This document shows, piece by piece, positions 62,812 through 64,000 of a DNA stretch of 64,000 nucleotides (the stretch's first letter is position 1; each line of letters begins with the position of its first letter). The notes below the pieces were generated by a model. It saw only the letters and a list, made by a program, of their open reading frames with translations, did no database searches and had not been told where the DNA came from. The translations under genes were made by a program, and so were the position numbers. The DNA is from the human T2T-CHM13v2.0 reference genome, Homo sapiens. The stretch lies in assembly GCF_009914755.1 (NCBI RefSeq), contig NC_060943.1. One strand, 5' to 3'.

Positions 62812-64000
62812 TAATAAAATAATTGTCTGAAAGGAATAAATGATTTTGCTTTTCTTACTGAGATATAAAATGTAAGCACCTTAAAAGTTTCTTCCCTTAT
62901 GTGAACACTGTGTTTGAGTAATATTGCTGAATTTTTCTAACACTTAGTTTCACAAACCAAGTTAATAACTCTGACATGGAAATTAAAGCTTAAGCCCAGT
63001 GACTCCAAGCTGAGGCTAATATTGAGCCTGCAAAAGGAGGTTATTAAGGCCCAGTTCCTTTTGGGGAACCTCCCCTGCAAATTTCCCAACCTGATTATCC
63101 AAGACATGGAAGAAGCCTCTATACTGAGAGAAACTACAGAGCCTTGGAATGCTGGGGATCCACAGGCAGATGCAGATAAGGTTAATATAAAGGAGATTGG
63201 GAGGGTCTTACTGAAGATGGAGTTGTTATTGTTTTGAGGCAGTTTCTAGACTTTTAAAAATAAAACAGATGTATATAAAAAATTGAATTTCGAAGGAGTA
63301 TTGCAACAGGAGAAAGTAGCAACTATAAGTTTTTTTGTTTTTGTTTTTGTTTTTTTTTTTTGTGACAGAGTCTAGCTCTGTCACCCAGGCAGCCTCCTGA
63401 GTAGCTGGAATTACAGGCACGCACCACCAAGCCCGGCTAATTTTTGTATTTTTAGTAGAGACGGGCTTTCACCATGTTGATCAGGCTAGTCTCAGACTCC
63501 TGACCTCGTGATCTGCCCGCCTCGGCCTCCCAAAGTGCTGGAATTACAGGTGTGAGCCACCGCGCCAGGCCAAGAGTTTTAAAGATTGCAAAGATTAGGC
63601 AGAAAAGGGCTTTGCCTTCCAGAGAAAAGCAAACAAGATTAGAAAGGAGGTTGGAGGGGAATGTTTAAATTGAGTGTAATAAAATCAGATTTTAGATTAG
63701 AGAATGTTTTACCCGGACGTCAGTATGTTCTTAGGAGGGACATAAAATGGGGTTGTATGGTGGCTCAGACTGAGGGTAAGCTCAAAGTTCATATCCTGTG
63801 GGAAGAGAATAAACCTAAGCTTGATTAAGAAGTATTTTATGTTGACTACTGAAGACAAAGTCAGCTTGTTTTTCAGTGAGTAAAAAGAAAAAGTACAAAG
63901 CGTTTTTCTGGCTGTGTGATAGGTAAGAAAACAGCACCATTTCAGTCATAATGGAAAGAGGTGGTTTTCTTTTTTTTTTTTTCCCTTAAAGTCTTCCTGG

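Overview
Primate (almost certainly human) genomic DNA from a ZNF91-family KRAB zinc-finger cluster. I recognise it as the chr19p12 ZNF681 locus. The window holds the complete minus-strand 4-exon ZNF681 coding region, which on this haplotype has a 2-bp frameshift at ~14901. That allele predicts a 206-aa KRAB-containing protein with no intact finger, instead of a 645-aa KRAB-C2H2 protein. About 4 kb upstream, head-to-head, is a CpG-rich KZNF-type promoter/first exon whose ATG has become AGG (33.3-33.9 kb; from memory, the RPSA2/RPSAP58 5' end). It is followed by a ~21-kb diverged 19p12-type beta-satellite block with a visible higher-order structure (39.6-60.5 kb). A third, CpG-decayed copy of the promoter, still carrying MPGPAESLEM|GT, lies at 61.2-61.9 kb. 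The rest is dense Alu (including an AluYb8 and an AluYa5), old L1 fragments, and MER9, LTR3, THE1 and MST LTRs. Most ORFs in the supplied track are Alu, L1 or satellite artefacts.
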